DNA of 64,000 bases from an uncultured Thermoleophilaceae bacterium (GTDB taxonomy: Bacteria > Actinomycetota > Thermoleophilia > Solirubrobacterales > JACPNS01): contig CAYVWQ010000002.1 in NCBI GenBank assembly GCA_964455545.1, forward strand, positions 138,596 to 202,595, in the 5' to 3' direction. Below are positions 45,371 to 53,165 of the stretch, piece after piece; position 1 is the first letter of the stretch; each line of letters opens with the position of its first letter. The notes below the pieces were generated by a model. It did not search any database, was not told where the DNA came from, and saw only the letters and a list, made by a program, of their open reading frames with translations. The position numbers and the translations under genes were made by a program.

Positions 45371-45912
45371 GCTCGCGGCAGATCGAGACCTTGAAGAAGC
45401 AAGTCGGCCTGGCGCTCGTGCGCCAAGGCCGGCTGCTTCTCGACATCGACCAGGCGCTTGCCGAACAGCGTCCGACCGGACCGTCAAGCGAAGACACGCG
45501 CCCGGCGATGACCACCGAACTCACGGTCATCCTGTCCCACCACGCGATCGACCGTTACGGCGAGCGCACCGGCCGTGAGCTGGGCCGCACTCTCCAGGTG
45601 GAGGAGATCCGTCACGTCTGGCCGCACGCCGAAATCACGTCGGTACCTCCGGACTGGCACAAGCCGACGCGCGAGCACCCGGCCGGCACGCTCTACGCCG
45701 AGATCGCCGATCTGCTCATCCCGCTCGTTCCGTACGAGCGCTCATCAAACACCTATGTCGCCACGACGGTCCTGTCGAAGCTCGGCGACCGCGGCGCGAA
45801 ACGCGCAGGCTCGAAACTGCCGCGTCGTGTCCGATCGGGCGCGAAGTTCAAGCGGCGCAAGTGGTCGGACGGCCCCCGGCGCCGGCCGGAAGACTTCGGG
45901 TTCGACGCCTGA
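45367..45912 (+). CDS. Hypothetical protein (weak DUF4258/RelE-fold toxin-like motif, basic C-terminal tail)
   Basis: ATGA overlap with the DUF4352 stop. SHHAIDRYGERTG..VEEIRHV..YVATTVLSK is reminiscent of HA..R..ER toxin families. This is weak evidence. Confidence 0.45.
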   Translation: MSSRQIETLKKQVGLALVRQGRLLLDIDQALAEQRPTGPSSEDTRPAMTTELTVILSHHAIDRYGERTGRELGRTLQVEEIRHVWPHAEITSVPPDWHKPTREHPAGTLYAEIADLLIPLVPYERSSNTYVATTVLSKLGDRGAKRAGSKLPRRVRSGAKFKRRKWSDGPRRRPEDFGFDA

Positions 45913-45915
45913 GCG

Positions 45916-46218
45916 TCAGTCCCAGATCAACGGATCGCCGTCGGGGTCTTGGGTGCGCGTCCCGCCGCAGCGCGGGCAAGGCGCAGACCCATCCTCGAGC
46001 AATTCGATCATCCTCGCCCCTGGATGCTCTGGGCATCGCGGCAAGTTCCGCAGCTTGAACTCGTTGTCAACCTCACGGTCGAAGCCAATGAACTCGTAGT
46101 CGATCTTCCCGCACACGTCGCAGTAGTGCGGCGTCTGACAGCCGCGAAATCCGCATCCGAACGAAACCATCTCCCGAACCCCGCACGAGCCGCAAACAAA
46201 CTCGAAACCGTCACCCAT
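45916..46218 (-). CDS. Small multi-CxxC zinc-ribbon protein
   Basis: Cys motifs: CGSC, CDVC, CPEH, CPRC. Head-to-tail with the upstream small ORF (stop/start abut at 46218/46219). Confidence 0.5.
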   Translation of the reverse strand: MGDGFEFVCGSCGVREMVSFGCGFRGCQTPHYCDVCGKIDYEFIGFDREVDNEFKLRNLPRCPEHPGARMIELLEDGSAPCPRCGGTRTQDPDGDPLIWD

Positions 46219-46503
46219 TCAGCGCACCCGCCCCTGGTAGTCCTGACCCTCATCGTCGTCATAGCCTGCGCTCTCCCGCTCGGAGTAGCTCGAGACAACC
46301 GCGTCATACGTCGCCTCGTCCACGCAACCGATCGTCGGACTCGTGACGACGCAGGACGGGTCGTACGGCTCAGCTGCAGGTTCGGCCGGACCGGGATCGC
46401 TGGTCGCTGCCAGGTAGATGAGGACGCCGGGAAATCCGAGCATGAGGACGATGACCGTCACGGTTGCAGCGACATCTGCTTTGTCCGGAAGTTGAAGTTT
46501 CAC
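46219..46503 (-). CDS. Small single-pass membrane protein (hypothetical)
   Basis: GTG 46503 gives VKLQLPDKADVAATVTVIVLMLGFPGVLIYLAATS, followed by an acidic C-terminus. Low support. Confidence 0.35.
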   Translation of the reverse strand: MKLQLPDKADVAATVTVIVLMLGFPGVLIYLAATSDPGPAEPAAEPYDPSCVVTSPTIGCVDEATYDAVVSSYSERESAGYDDDEGQDYQGRVR

Positions 46504-46538
46504 TTCAACTGGGCCGGTCGGCGTCAGACTGGTCTGAC

Positions 46539-47099
46539 ATGAACCAGCGCGAAGAACTCGACGCCTCCACTCTCGATCGAAAAGTCTGGGACCTGTGCGA
46601 CGGGTACCTCGCACTCGATTCCGCGTTTCGCGCGCTCGATGAGTCGCCCGAAGGTGACTGGCAGCTGTCCGATGAATGGATCACGTTGCCCGGCAAGATC
46701 GAGTACCGCCGCTCGTACTTCCAAGCGCGCGCCAAAGACCCCGACGTCGTTCGCGAGATCCGCCGCGCCTACCTGAGCGGCGCGATCCTCACGGTGGGGG
46801 AGTTGCTCGCCGGCGCCGGCTACCTGGATCGATCGCCGGAGTTCGAGTTCGTCCGTCACGTCCGAAACGCAGTGGCGCACGGCAACGTCTTCAAGCTTGA
46901 GCCTCGGGCGGTCAACGAACTTGCCAAGCACCCCGCCTGCTTGGTCGGTCGCGACGGCACCCGGACCCACAGGGTCAAGGCCGAACTCAACGGGCGCGAA
47001 TGCCTCTTCTCGTTCCTCGGTCCGAACCACGCGCTCGAGGCGATTCAGGCTGCGGCCGCGCGTCTGGAATCGATCGAGCTCGATCACCTGACGCGCTGA
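46539..47099 (+). CDS. Hypothetical protein with RNxxxH (HEPN/Abi-like) motif
   Basis: EFEFVRHVRNAVAHGNVF contains R-x4-H with N after R, as in HEPN RNase families. 186 aa from ATG 46539. Confidence 0.5.
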   Translation: MNQREELDASTLDRKVWDLCDGYLALDSAFRALDESPEGDWQLSDEWITLPGKIEYRRSYFQARAKDPDVVREIRRAYLSGAILTVGELLAGAGYLDRSPEFEFVRHVRNAVAHGNVFKLEPRAVNELAKHPACLVGRDGTRTHRVKAELNGRECLFSFLGPNHALEAIQAAAARLESIELDHLTR

Positions 47100-47117
47100 C
47101 GCGCCGCAGCCTGCGTC
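47094..47117 (+). terminator. Possible hairpin terminator overlapping the stop of the RNxxxH gene
   Basis: CTGACGC gccgcagcct GCGTCAG. Confidence 0.35.
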
Positions 47118-47204
47118 AGATGTGATCCTGCCGAGACGGCCTTCGAATCGGCCTCTCTGCCCACGGCCACCTCGCTCTCAACCGGGCAGATCTCGGAAAA
47201 GAAA

Positions 47205-48116
47205 ATGTTCAAGAAATCATTGTTTGCCGTCGCGGTCGCAGTGAGCGCGATCGCGGCGGTTCCCGTCGGCGCCAACGCCGCACCTTGCTATTCATCGACG
47301 CCGACCGGCAACGTCGTCTACGACGCGACATCCGACTCGGACTACGGCCTCGCACCCGAGCTCGCCGCGATGCGCGTGGGGATCGACTCTGCATGCAACG
47401 CGACGTTCTCGTACGACGTGCTCGGCCAGTCGGCTCCGATCCCCGGCGACTTCTACTCGTGGTGGATCGACAGCGACAACAACGACTACACCGGGGCGCC
47501 GACCGGATTCCCGGGCGCCGACTACGCAGTCAGCCTGCTCTCGACCGGCAGTGCCGCGATCTCTCAGTGGAACGGTTCGAGCATGGTCTCGAGCGGTGCG
47601 ATCACGCGCGCCGGCACTTTCGCCGTGGCGACGTCACTGTCGAGCATCAATGCCACGCCGGGAGTGCCGATCTGGGTCGCCGGAGGATCCTCCTGGAAGG
47701 GGAGCTCGGGCACGACCTACTTCGATTTCCTCCCGGATCTCGGATATTCCTGGCTCGGCCTTACTCCGACTTTCTCGACGACCCCACCGGCCGGCAGCGG
47801 CGGAGGCGGGAACAGCAGCGCCCAGTGTGTCGTGCCGCAGGTGCGCGGCTACACGCTTCGCCACGCCAAGTCGCGAATCCGCGCCGCCGGCTGCAAGGTC
47901 GGTGCGGTCAAGAAGCGCGTCGCCGGCCGTTCGCGGATCGGGCTTGCGATCGGCAGCAGCCCCTCGAAGGGCTCTCACCTGAGCGCCGGTGCCAAAGTCA
48001 CCATCTACGTCGGGAAGCGCGCACCGCGTCGCCAACGGAAGTCGCTCAGCGCGAGCGGCTCACCCGATCTGATCGCCGCCCACCTGAACCAGCAGCTCGC
48101 CGCGGCGAGGAAGTAG
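47205..48116 (+). CDS. Secreted protein with C-terminal PASTA-like domain
   Basis: Signal MFKKSLFAVAVAVSAIAAVPVGANA. C-terminus VVPQVRGYTLRHAKSRIRAAGCKVGAV..SPSKGSHLSAGAKVTIYVG. Confidence 0.7.
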   Translation: MFKKSLFAVAVAVSAIAAVPVGANAAPCYSSTPTGNVVYDATSDSDYGLAPELAAMRVGIDSACNATFSYDVLGQSAPIPGDFYSWWIDSDNNDYTGAPTGFPGADYAVSLLSTGSAAISQWNGSSMVSSGAITRAGTFAVATSLSSINATPGVPIWVAGGSSWKGSSGTTYFDFLPDLGYSWLGLTPTFSTTPPAGSGGGGNSSAQCVVPQVRGYTLRHAKSRIRAAGCKVGAVKKRVAGRSRIGLAIGSSPSKGSHLSAGAKVTIYVGKRAPRRQRKSLSASGSPDLIAAHLNQQLAAARK

Positions 48117-48153
48117 GCGCTGACATCCGGGCGCAGACCGAGGATTGTTGCCC

Positions 48154-48876
48154 ATGACCGACCTGACCGACCCCCACATCCGCGACGCCACCGCAGCAGC
48201 TCGCGCGCTGCGCGAGCGACTCGGCGTTCCGATGGTCGGTCCGATCCCGAGAGACATCCTTGCCCTGGTTGAGGATGACCTCGGGATCCCGGTCTGCGTT
48301 CTGGAGATGCCTGACGGGTTGGCGGGCGCCTATCTGAAGGTGCGCGGCCAAGACCTCATCTTTCTTCAGGCGACCGACTTCCCGACGCGTCAGCGGTTCA
48401 CGCTCGCGCACGAGGTCGGCCACCACGTCCTCAATCACAAGGGCCGGGTCGACGCGAGCAAGGACGTCGGCGGCAGCCCGGTCGATCCGAACGAACAGCA
48501 GGCGAACTACTTCGCGAGTGAGTTCCTCGTGCCGGTCGAGGCGATGCGGGACTGGCTCGCGCGAAACAGCGACGGCCAGCTCGACCTGCGTTCGCTCGTG
48601 ATCGCCGCCGACCATTTCCAGGTCAGCCCGCCGGCGATGCTCTACCGATTGAGCAAGGGCGAATTCGGCTTCTCCGAGGACGAGATCCAGGCTCTGTGGA
48701 CCGAGGTCAAGGCGAGACGGCACCTGCCCGTGGTCGAGGAGCTCGGGATCGGAGCTGGCGACGACCAACTGGCAGTGATTGAGGCGAGCAGGAGCTGGCC
48801 GAGGGTGCCCGCGGCGATCGACGCCGCCAAGGCCGCCGAGGTCGCGGCCTTCATCAACTCTCAGCGATTGAAATGA
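48154..48876 (+). CDS. ImmA/IrrE-family zinc metallopeptidase (DUF955-like)
   Basis: HEXXH in FTLAHEVGHHVLNH, followed by EQQANYFASEFLVP. ATG 48154 is preceded by AGGA. Confidence 0.75.
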   Translation: MTDLTDPHIRDATAAARALRERLGVPMVGPIPRDILALVEDDLGIPVCVLEMPDGLAGAYLKVRGQDLIFLQATDFPTRQRFTLAHEVGHHVLNHKGRVDASKDVGGSPVDPNEQQANYFASEFLVPVEAMRDWLARNSDGQLDLRSLVIAADHFQVSPPAMLYRLSKGEFGFSEDEIQALWTEVKARRHLPVVEELGIGAGDDQLAVIEASRSWPRVPAAIDAAKAAEVAAFINSQRLK

Positions 48877-49610
48877 CTTCCGCCGCGACAGCGATCCGCG
48901 CGTCTGGCAGAATGGCCGTCATCGAAATTGAGGATGCGACAGGCGTGCAGATCGAGTCCGTGGGCGGCGGTGAGCCGGCCGCGGATCTCGGCATGCTGCT
49001 CCGTCGCGCCAACCGGTTCCGCAGCCATCGCGGTCCGGAAGCCGCCCGCAGGTTGACCGAGACTTGGCAGGAGATCTGGGCGCTCGAGGCCTACGCGATC
49101 CGCCAGCAGGTGATCAGCAAGGGCTACTCGGTGACCGGCAACGCATGGGTGAACGAGAGCGACGTCGACGACGTGCTCGCCGACCTCATGCTCGACGCCA
49201 CCAAGATGTTCATTGCCTTCCGAGGAATCGAGGTCGGGCAGTTCCGCGCAGCGATGAACAAGCGGATCCACTGGACCGTCATCAACTACATCCGCAAGGA
49301 CCAGTCCAACAAGGCCAAGCCGGTCGACCCTGCGGCGTTCGACCCGAACGGATTCGACGAGACAGACTCCCGTCACGCCGAGATCGCCGGGCTGGCGGCC
49401 AAGGGCGGCGCCGAGGACCGCGCGGATTTCAAGGAGACGCTCTCGGGCATCACTGAGCTCGAGCCGCGGGCGGCCGATGTGGTGACACTCCGACTGTCGG
49501 GGATGTCCGCGAAAGAGGTCGCCGAAAAACTCGATCTCTCTCCCGCCAATGTCGACCAGATCTTCTCGCGCAGCGTCAGGACCATGCGAAAGTTGTTGAC
49601 CGATGACTGA
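48873..49610 (+). CDS. Sigma-70 family (ECF-like) RNA polymerase sigma factor
   Basis: Region 2-like FRAAMNKRIHWTVINYIRKDQ. Region 4 HTH: VVTLRLSGMSAKEVAEKLDLSPANVDQIFSRSVRTMRKLL. ATGA overlap with the peptidase gene. Confidence 0.75.
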   Translation: MTSAATAIRASGRMAVIEIEDATGVQIESVGGGEPAADLGMLLRRANRFRSHRGPEAARRLTETWQEIWALEAYAIRQQVISKGYSVTGNAWVNESDVDDVLADLMLDATKMFIAFRGIEVGQFRAAMNKRIHWTVINYIRKDQSNKAKPVDPAAFDPNGFDETDSRHAEIAGLAAKGGAEDRADFKETLSGITELEPRAADVVTLRLSGMSAKEVAEKLDLSPANVDQIFSRSVRTMRKLLTDD

Positions 49611-50226
49611 TGTGGCAACACTGCTCGGCGAGTTCGTCGACGATTTGAACGCCGGTCGTGGACCCGAGGCGGCGGCGTTCATCGAGAAGGCCGAGAGCGA
49701 AGCCGACCGCAAAGAGCTCGCTCAGGGAATCGAAGCGGTGCTCGCGTTCGCCCCTGACGGTGCCCGCCAAGCGGCCGCTGCGACCAGCCCGATCGACGCG
49801 TCGCAACTCGCAGCGGCGATCGAGAATGCGCTCGAGTCGACCAGCGAGCTCGCCGAGGCAGTGCCTGGCTGGCGCGAAACCTTCGGCGCATCGGTGGCGG
49901 ATTTCGCCCGTCGCGTGCTCACGGCCGGCGGATTGAGCACGACCGACGAGAACGTCGCGGTCGCCACGCAATGGGTCACCGGCATGGAGTCGGGTGCCGT
50001 AATCGCAGAAAGTCTCAGTGACCGGGCGATGCGGGCCGTGTCGACGGTCCTCGGCTCGGGGGGCGAAGAGCTCGACTTCGCGTTCAGGGCCGAGAACGAC
50101 GTCGCCGACGATGAGGTCGCGGCGAAGCTCGGTGGGATCGCTGAAGCACTGAGCGATGCACTGGTCGACGCGTCTGCGGCGGACGAGGACGTCGAAGCCT
50201 GGTTCGCGACCGACGCTCCGGCCTGA
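49603..50226 (+). CDS. Acidic hypothetical protein (possible sigma-associated partner)
   Basis: 8-nt overlap with the sigma gene. Ala/Glu/Asp-rich. No known motif. Confidence 0.5.
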   Translation: MTDVATLLGEFVDDLNAGRGPEAAAFIEKAESEADRKELAQGIEAVLAFAPDGARQAAAATSPIDASQLAAAIENALESTSELAEAVPGWRETFGASVADFARRVLTAGGLSTTDENVAVATQWVTGMESGAVIAESLSDRAMRAVSTVLGSGGEELDFAFRAENDVADDEVAAKLGGIAEALSDALVDASAADEDVEAWFATDAPA

Positions 50227-50282
50227 TCCAGACCGCGCGTCCACCCGAGACTCAACCGACGCGCCGTGATCCCGATAGATAT

Positions 50283-51818
50283 GTGGTGCGCCTCCTTTCC
50301 ATCGCCATCGCGTTAATCGTCTGCCTGTCGGCAATGGCTGCCACCGCCGTCGCCTCACCGATCAAAGTCCAGATCGCAAACAACTCAGCCAAAACCCCCC
50401 AAAACGTCTGGCTGACCCTCCACGGCGCCGCAAGCACCGACGGCCAACTCCCCGCCGACACCCCGGTCCAGCTCAGCTCAATCGCCAACAACTCCTTCAC
50501 GATCGGCGACATCAACGCCGGCCGCCTCTTCGTCTCCTACGACCAGGGCGTCGGCCCGGCCGAGCCGATCACCACGCCGATCCGCAACGACAAGATCGAG
50601 TTCACCAACCCGGGCGTCGTCAACCTCACGTCTGTCGACTACTTCGGGATTCCGATCGACGTGCAGACCCTCAACTCCGGCGGCACGGTGATCGACACGC
50701 TTGCCTATCGCTGCCACACCTCGACGATCCTGCCGAAGCTGCAGGGCATCGCGGGCGTCACGGGGGCGCAGATCAACACCACGGGCGGCAACTTCGCCCG
50801 TTTCCTCTCGCCGCAGATCGACCCGCCGGCCAGCTACCCACTGATGACCGGCTACCTCGCGTCCATGACCGGCAAGACGATCACCGTCGACAGCACCTAC
50901 TACGGCAAGCCGCTCACGACCACCAACTACACCGGCACGTTCGCGGCGGACGGTTCGATCACGCTCACCGGCACGATCACGACGCCCTCCACTTCTTCCA
51001 CCGTCACCGGTCAGCCGCTCGCCATCAGCGGCGCGCAGCTGCTCCAAGGGATCTACACCGGCAACGGCAGCTACACCGTCGGCGGCCAGCCGGCGGCCGT
51101 CTCCGACAACGACGTATACGCCGTGATCTACCGCGACGTCGCGGCCGGCTTCGCGCTCGGCTACTGGGGCGGGAAGTACGGCAACTCCACCTCGAGCTGG
51201 AAGGGCCAGCCGCCGTTCGCCGCCGCCTGGAACACCCCGCCGGCCTTCACCCCCTACTTCAACCAGTACGCGCAGATCATCGGCGAGTACTCCGACTCGT
51301 ACGGCTTCTCGTTCTCGGACGTCGGTCCCGCACCCGTGCAGGCCGGGCTCGACTCCGAGGTGGCGACGATGCTCGTGACGATCGACTCCGACTCGGGACC
51401 GCAGGTTCCGGGCTGCGTCGGTCAGGCGACCCCGCCGACCTCGGCCCCGACTCCGTCCGCACCCGTCGCCAAGAAGAAGCGTGCGAAGGCCGTCGTGCTG
51501 ACCGGTCGCCTGCGGATCGACCGCCGCGGCCGCGCCCGCCTGAAGATCCGTTGCACCGGCGACCCGTGCAAGGGCGAGGTCGTGATGACCGTTCGTCGCC
51601 GTGAGGGCCGCAAGCTCAAGACGATCGTCGTCGGCCGCGCCCGGATCGCGGTCCCTGAACGCCGCACGCGCTTCGTCTTCATGCCACTCACGCGCGCCGG
51701 CCGAACGCTGCTCGACCGCGCAAGACACGGGATGTGGACGAGATCGAGCGTGATCCTCGGCCCGCGGAGCCGGCACTACCGGTCGTCGGTGCGGTCGGTG
51801 AAGTTGTACCGGCGCTGA
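50283..51818 (+). CDS. Secreted GH64/thaumatin-like superfamily protein (beta-1,3-glucanase-like) with basic Cys-pair C-terminal module
   Basis: Signal LLSIAIALIVCLSAMAATAVA. AGRLFVSY, DKIEFTN, VDYFGIPI and YSDSYGFSFSDVGP resemble GH64 patterns. The family call is tentative. Confidence 0.5.
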   Translation: MVRLLSIAIALIVCLSAMAATAVASPIKVQIANNSAKTPQNVWLTLHGAASTDGQLPADTPVQLSSIANNSFTIGDINAGRLFVSYDQGVGPAEPITTPIRNDKIEFTNPGVVNLTSVDYFGIPIDVQTLNSGGTVIDTLAYRCHTSTILPKLQGIAGVTGAQINTTGGNFARFLSPQIDPPASYPLMTGYLASMTGKTITVDSTYYGKPLTTTNYTGTFAADGSITLTGTITTPSTSSTVTGQPLAISGAQLLQGIYTGNGSYTVGGQPAAVSDNDVYAVIYRDVAAGFALGYWGGKYGNSTSSWKGQPPFAAAWNTPPAFTPYFNQYAQIIGEYSDSYGFSFSDVGPAPVQAGLDSEVATMLVTIDSDSGPQVPGCVGQATPPTSAPTPSAPVAKKKRAKAVVLTGRLRIDRRGRARLKIRCTGDPCKGEVVMTVRRREGRKLKTIVVGRARIAVPERRTRFVFMPLTRAGRTLLDRARHGMWTRSSVILGPRSRHYRSSVRSVKLYRR

Positions 51819-51977
51819 CGGATCGCCTGCGGGGCGGAAGCGAGGCGCGCTCCCTCGCGACGCGCCCGGCGCGCGGCAAAGAGGTGCCACTTGGTACGAA
51901 GCTGACCGTGTACGTGGGCGGGTCCAAGTAGGGGCCGCACGGAAATCCACCGGCGTTTTCACGGGTACGCTGCGGGC

Positions 51978-52439
51978 ATGCCCTACACGGTCGATTTCAA
52001 AGAAGTCTCCACGGTCGGTCTCGAGTCCTCGCCCCATGCCGAGGCGCTCGCCGGCCTGCGAGCCAACGAGGCTCGCTACTTCAAGAACAAGTACGACTTC
52101 ACTTACGTCACCAAGCCGGCCGACAAGTCCAAGCGCCTGCTGAACTGGGTGAGCAAGGTCCTCAAGGAGGAGCGCGACATCGTCATCGCCTCGCCGGCGC
52201 TCGAAATCGCGGACGTCGAGGTCGACGGGATCAAGTGGCCGGGCGTCTTCTACGAGAGTGGCCTCGCACTCAACGTCCTTTACACACTCGAGGACGGCGG
52301 CAAACGCGCCGTCGGCTTCAAGCTCTGCGAGGGGATGGACCCGCCGGAGGAGCTGTCCGCCTTCAAATGGGCGCGCCAGAAGTCGAAGCTGGCCGGGACG
52401 ATCCGTGGGTCCTACTTTGTGATCAAGGGTGAGTACTGA
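51978..52439 (+). CDS. Hypothetical protein
   Basis: 153-aa ORF with plausible composition. Its stop overlaps the next ORF. No motif recognised. Confidence 0.5.
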   Translation: MPYTVDFKEVSTVGLESSPHAEALAGLRANEARYFKNKYDFTYVTKPADKSKRLLNWVSKVLKEERDIVIASPALEIADVEVDGIKWPGVFYESGLALNVLYTLEDGGKRAVGFKLCEGMDPPEELSAFKWARQKSKLAGTIRGSYFVIKGEY

Positions 52440-53010
52440 GCTGATCTCAACTGCAGGCTCGCGGAGCCGGTGGGATGACTCAGCAGCCCGAACGGATCTA
52501 GCCGTCTGGGTCGGGTTGGTGGTACTCGCCGGAGTCACGATCTGGGAGTCGACCTACCCGTCCATGAGCTTCGACTCGTTCGTGTGGCTGATGATTGCGT
52601 GGGCGATCGTCGGCGTCATCTGGCTGGGCATGATCGCGGTGCGGATCTATCGCCGAAGCGTCGGCCTGAGCGATTCAGTTGCACCCGCCATCGCGATCGC
52701 GGTATTGCTTCTCGTCGCCTCCGGACTGCCCTTCGACACTCGATTCCACCTCGCCGAACCGTCGATGACTGTCGACGCCGAGCGCGTCATGGCGACTCCG
52801 AAGCTGGCCCAACGTGTGGGAAGCATCGGGCCCTGGGAGGTCGAGGAGGCAGAAGTCTTCGACGGGGGTATGCGCTTCACCATCCCCGATCTCGGTTGGC
52901 TCGACTCTGTCGGCTTTGCCTATTCGGTCGATGGGCCGCCGCCGAACATGGGCGAGGACGCGTACACCTCGCTCGGCGACCACTGGTGGATCTGGGAGGA
53001 GAGCTGGTAA
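52429..53010 (+). CDS. Hypothetical membrane protein (3-4 TM) with C-terminal soluble domain
   Basis: Hydrophobic segments LAVWVGLVVLAGV, FVWLMIAWAIVGVIWLGMIAV and AIAIAVLLLVASG. Confidence 0.5.
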   Translation: MSTELISTAGSRSRWDDSAARTDLAVWVGLVVLAGVTIWESTYPSMSFDSFVWLMIAWAIVGVIWLGMIAVRIYRRSVGLSDSVAPAIAIAVLLLVASGLPFDTRFHLAEPSMTVDAERVMATPKLAQRVGSIGPWEVEEAEVFDGGMRFTIPDLGWLDSVGFAYSVDGPPPNMGEDAYTSLGDHWWIWEESW

Positions 53011-53082
53011 CCGCTGCTGGCCGCAGGAACGTTCGAAGGACGCTCGGCGATCGGCCACAACGGCGAGTCGTGACAGACAAAG

Positions 53083-53100
53083 ATGAACAAAAGCGTTCAT
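53083..53100 (+). terminator. Small AT-rich hairpin followed by TTT
   Basis: ATGAAC aaaagc GTTCAT TTTG. Confidence 0.3.
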
Positions 53101-53165
53101 TTTGAGGTAAGCTGGCCTCGAAGACGCAGCTGGGGAGCCGCGCTCACAACTAGGGGGACTGAGCA

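Larger units (their letters stand above)
40552..47150. other. Lower-GC tRNA-adjacent island enriched in nuclease/defence-type genes (no integrase seen)
   Basis: Spot counts of single 60-nt lines give about 52-57 percent G+C here, against about 62-70 percent in the flanks (not a full computation). The island starts 29 nt after tRNA-Thr. Content: HNH, NaeI-like REase, C5-MTase, NERD, and an RNxxxH protein. Confidence 0.5.

Noticed and set aside
47131-47150. Possible attR: GGCCTTCGAATCGGCC resembles the tRNA T-arm CGGTTCGAATCCGGGC.
   Set aside because: Only about 8-10 nt match, which is too short to distinguish from chance, and no integrase is present. It should be tested computationally rather than asserted.
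51734-51931. 65-aa ORF ending ..VVPALTDRLRGGSEARSLATRPARGKEVPLGTKLTVYVGGSK, which resembles the start and end of a PASTA domain (compare the C-terminus of the 47205 gene).
   Set aside because: It is much shorter than a PASTA domain and lacks its middle part. It overlaps the GH64-like gene end in another frame. At best a decayed remnant, and not reportable as a gene.
50478-52538. 686-aa minus-strand ORF.
   Set aside because: It is antisense to the GH64-like gene and the next ORF, with Arg/Gly/Asp-rich composition and no motifs. Shadow ORF.
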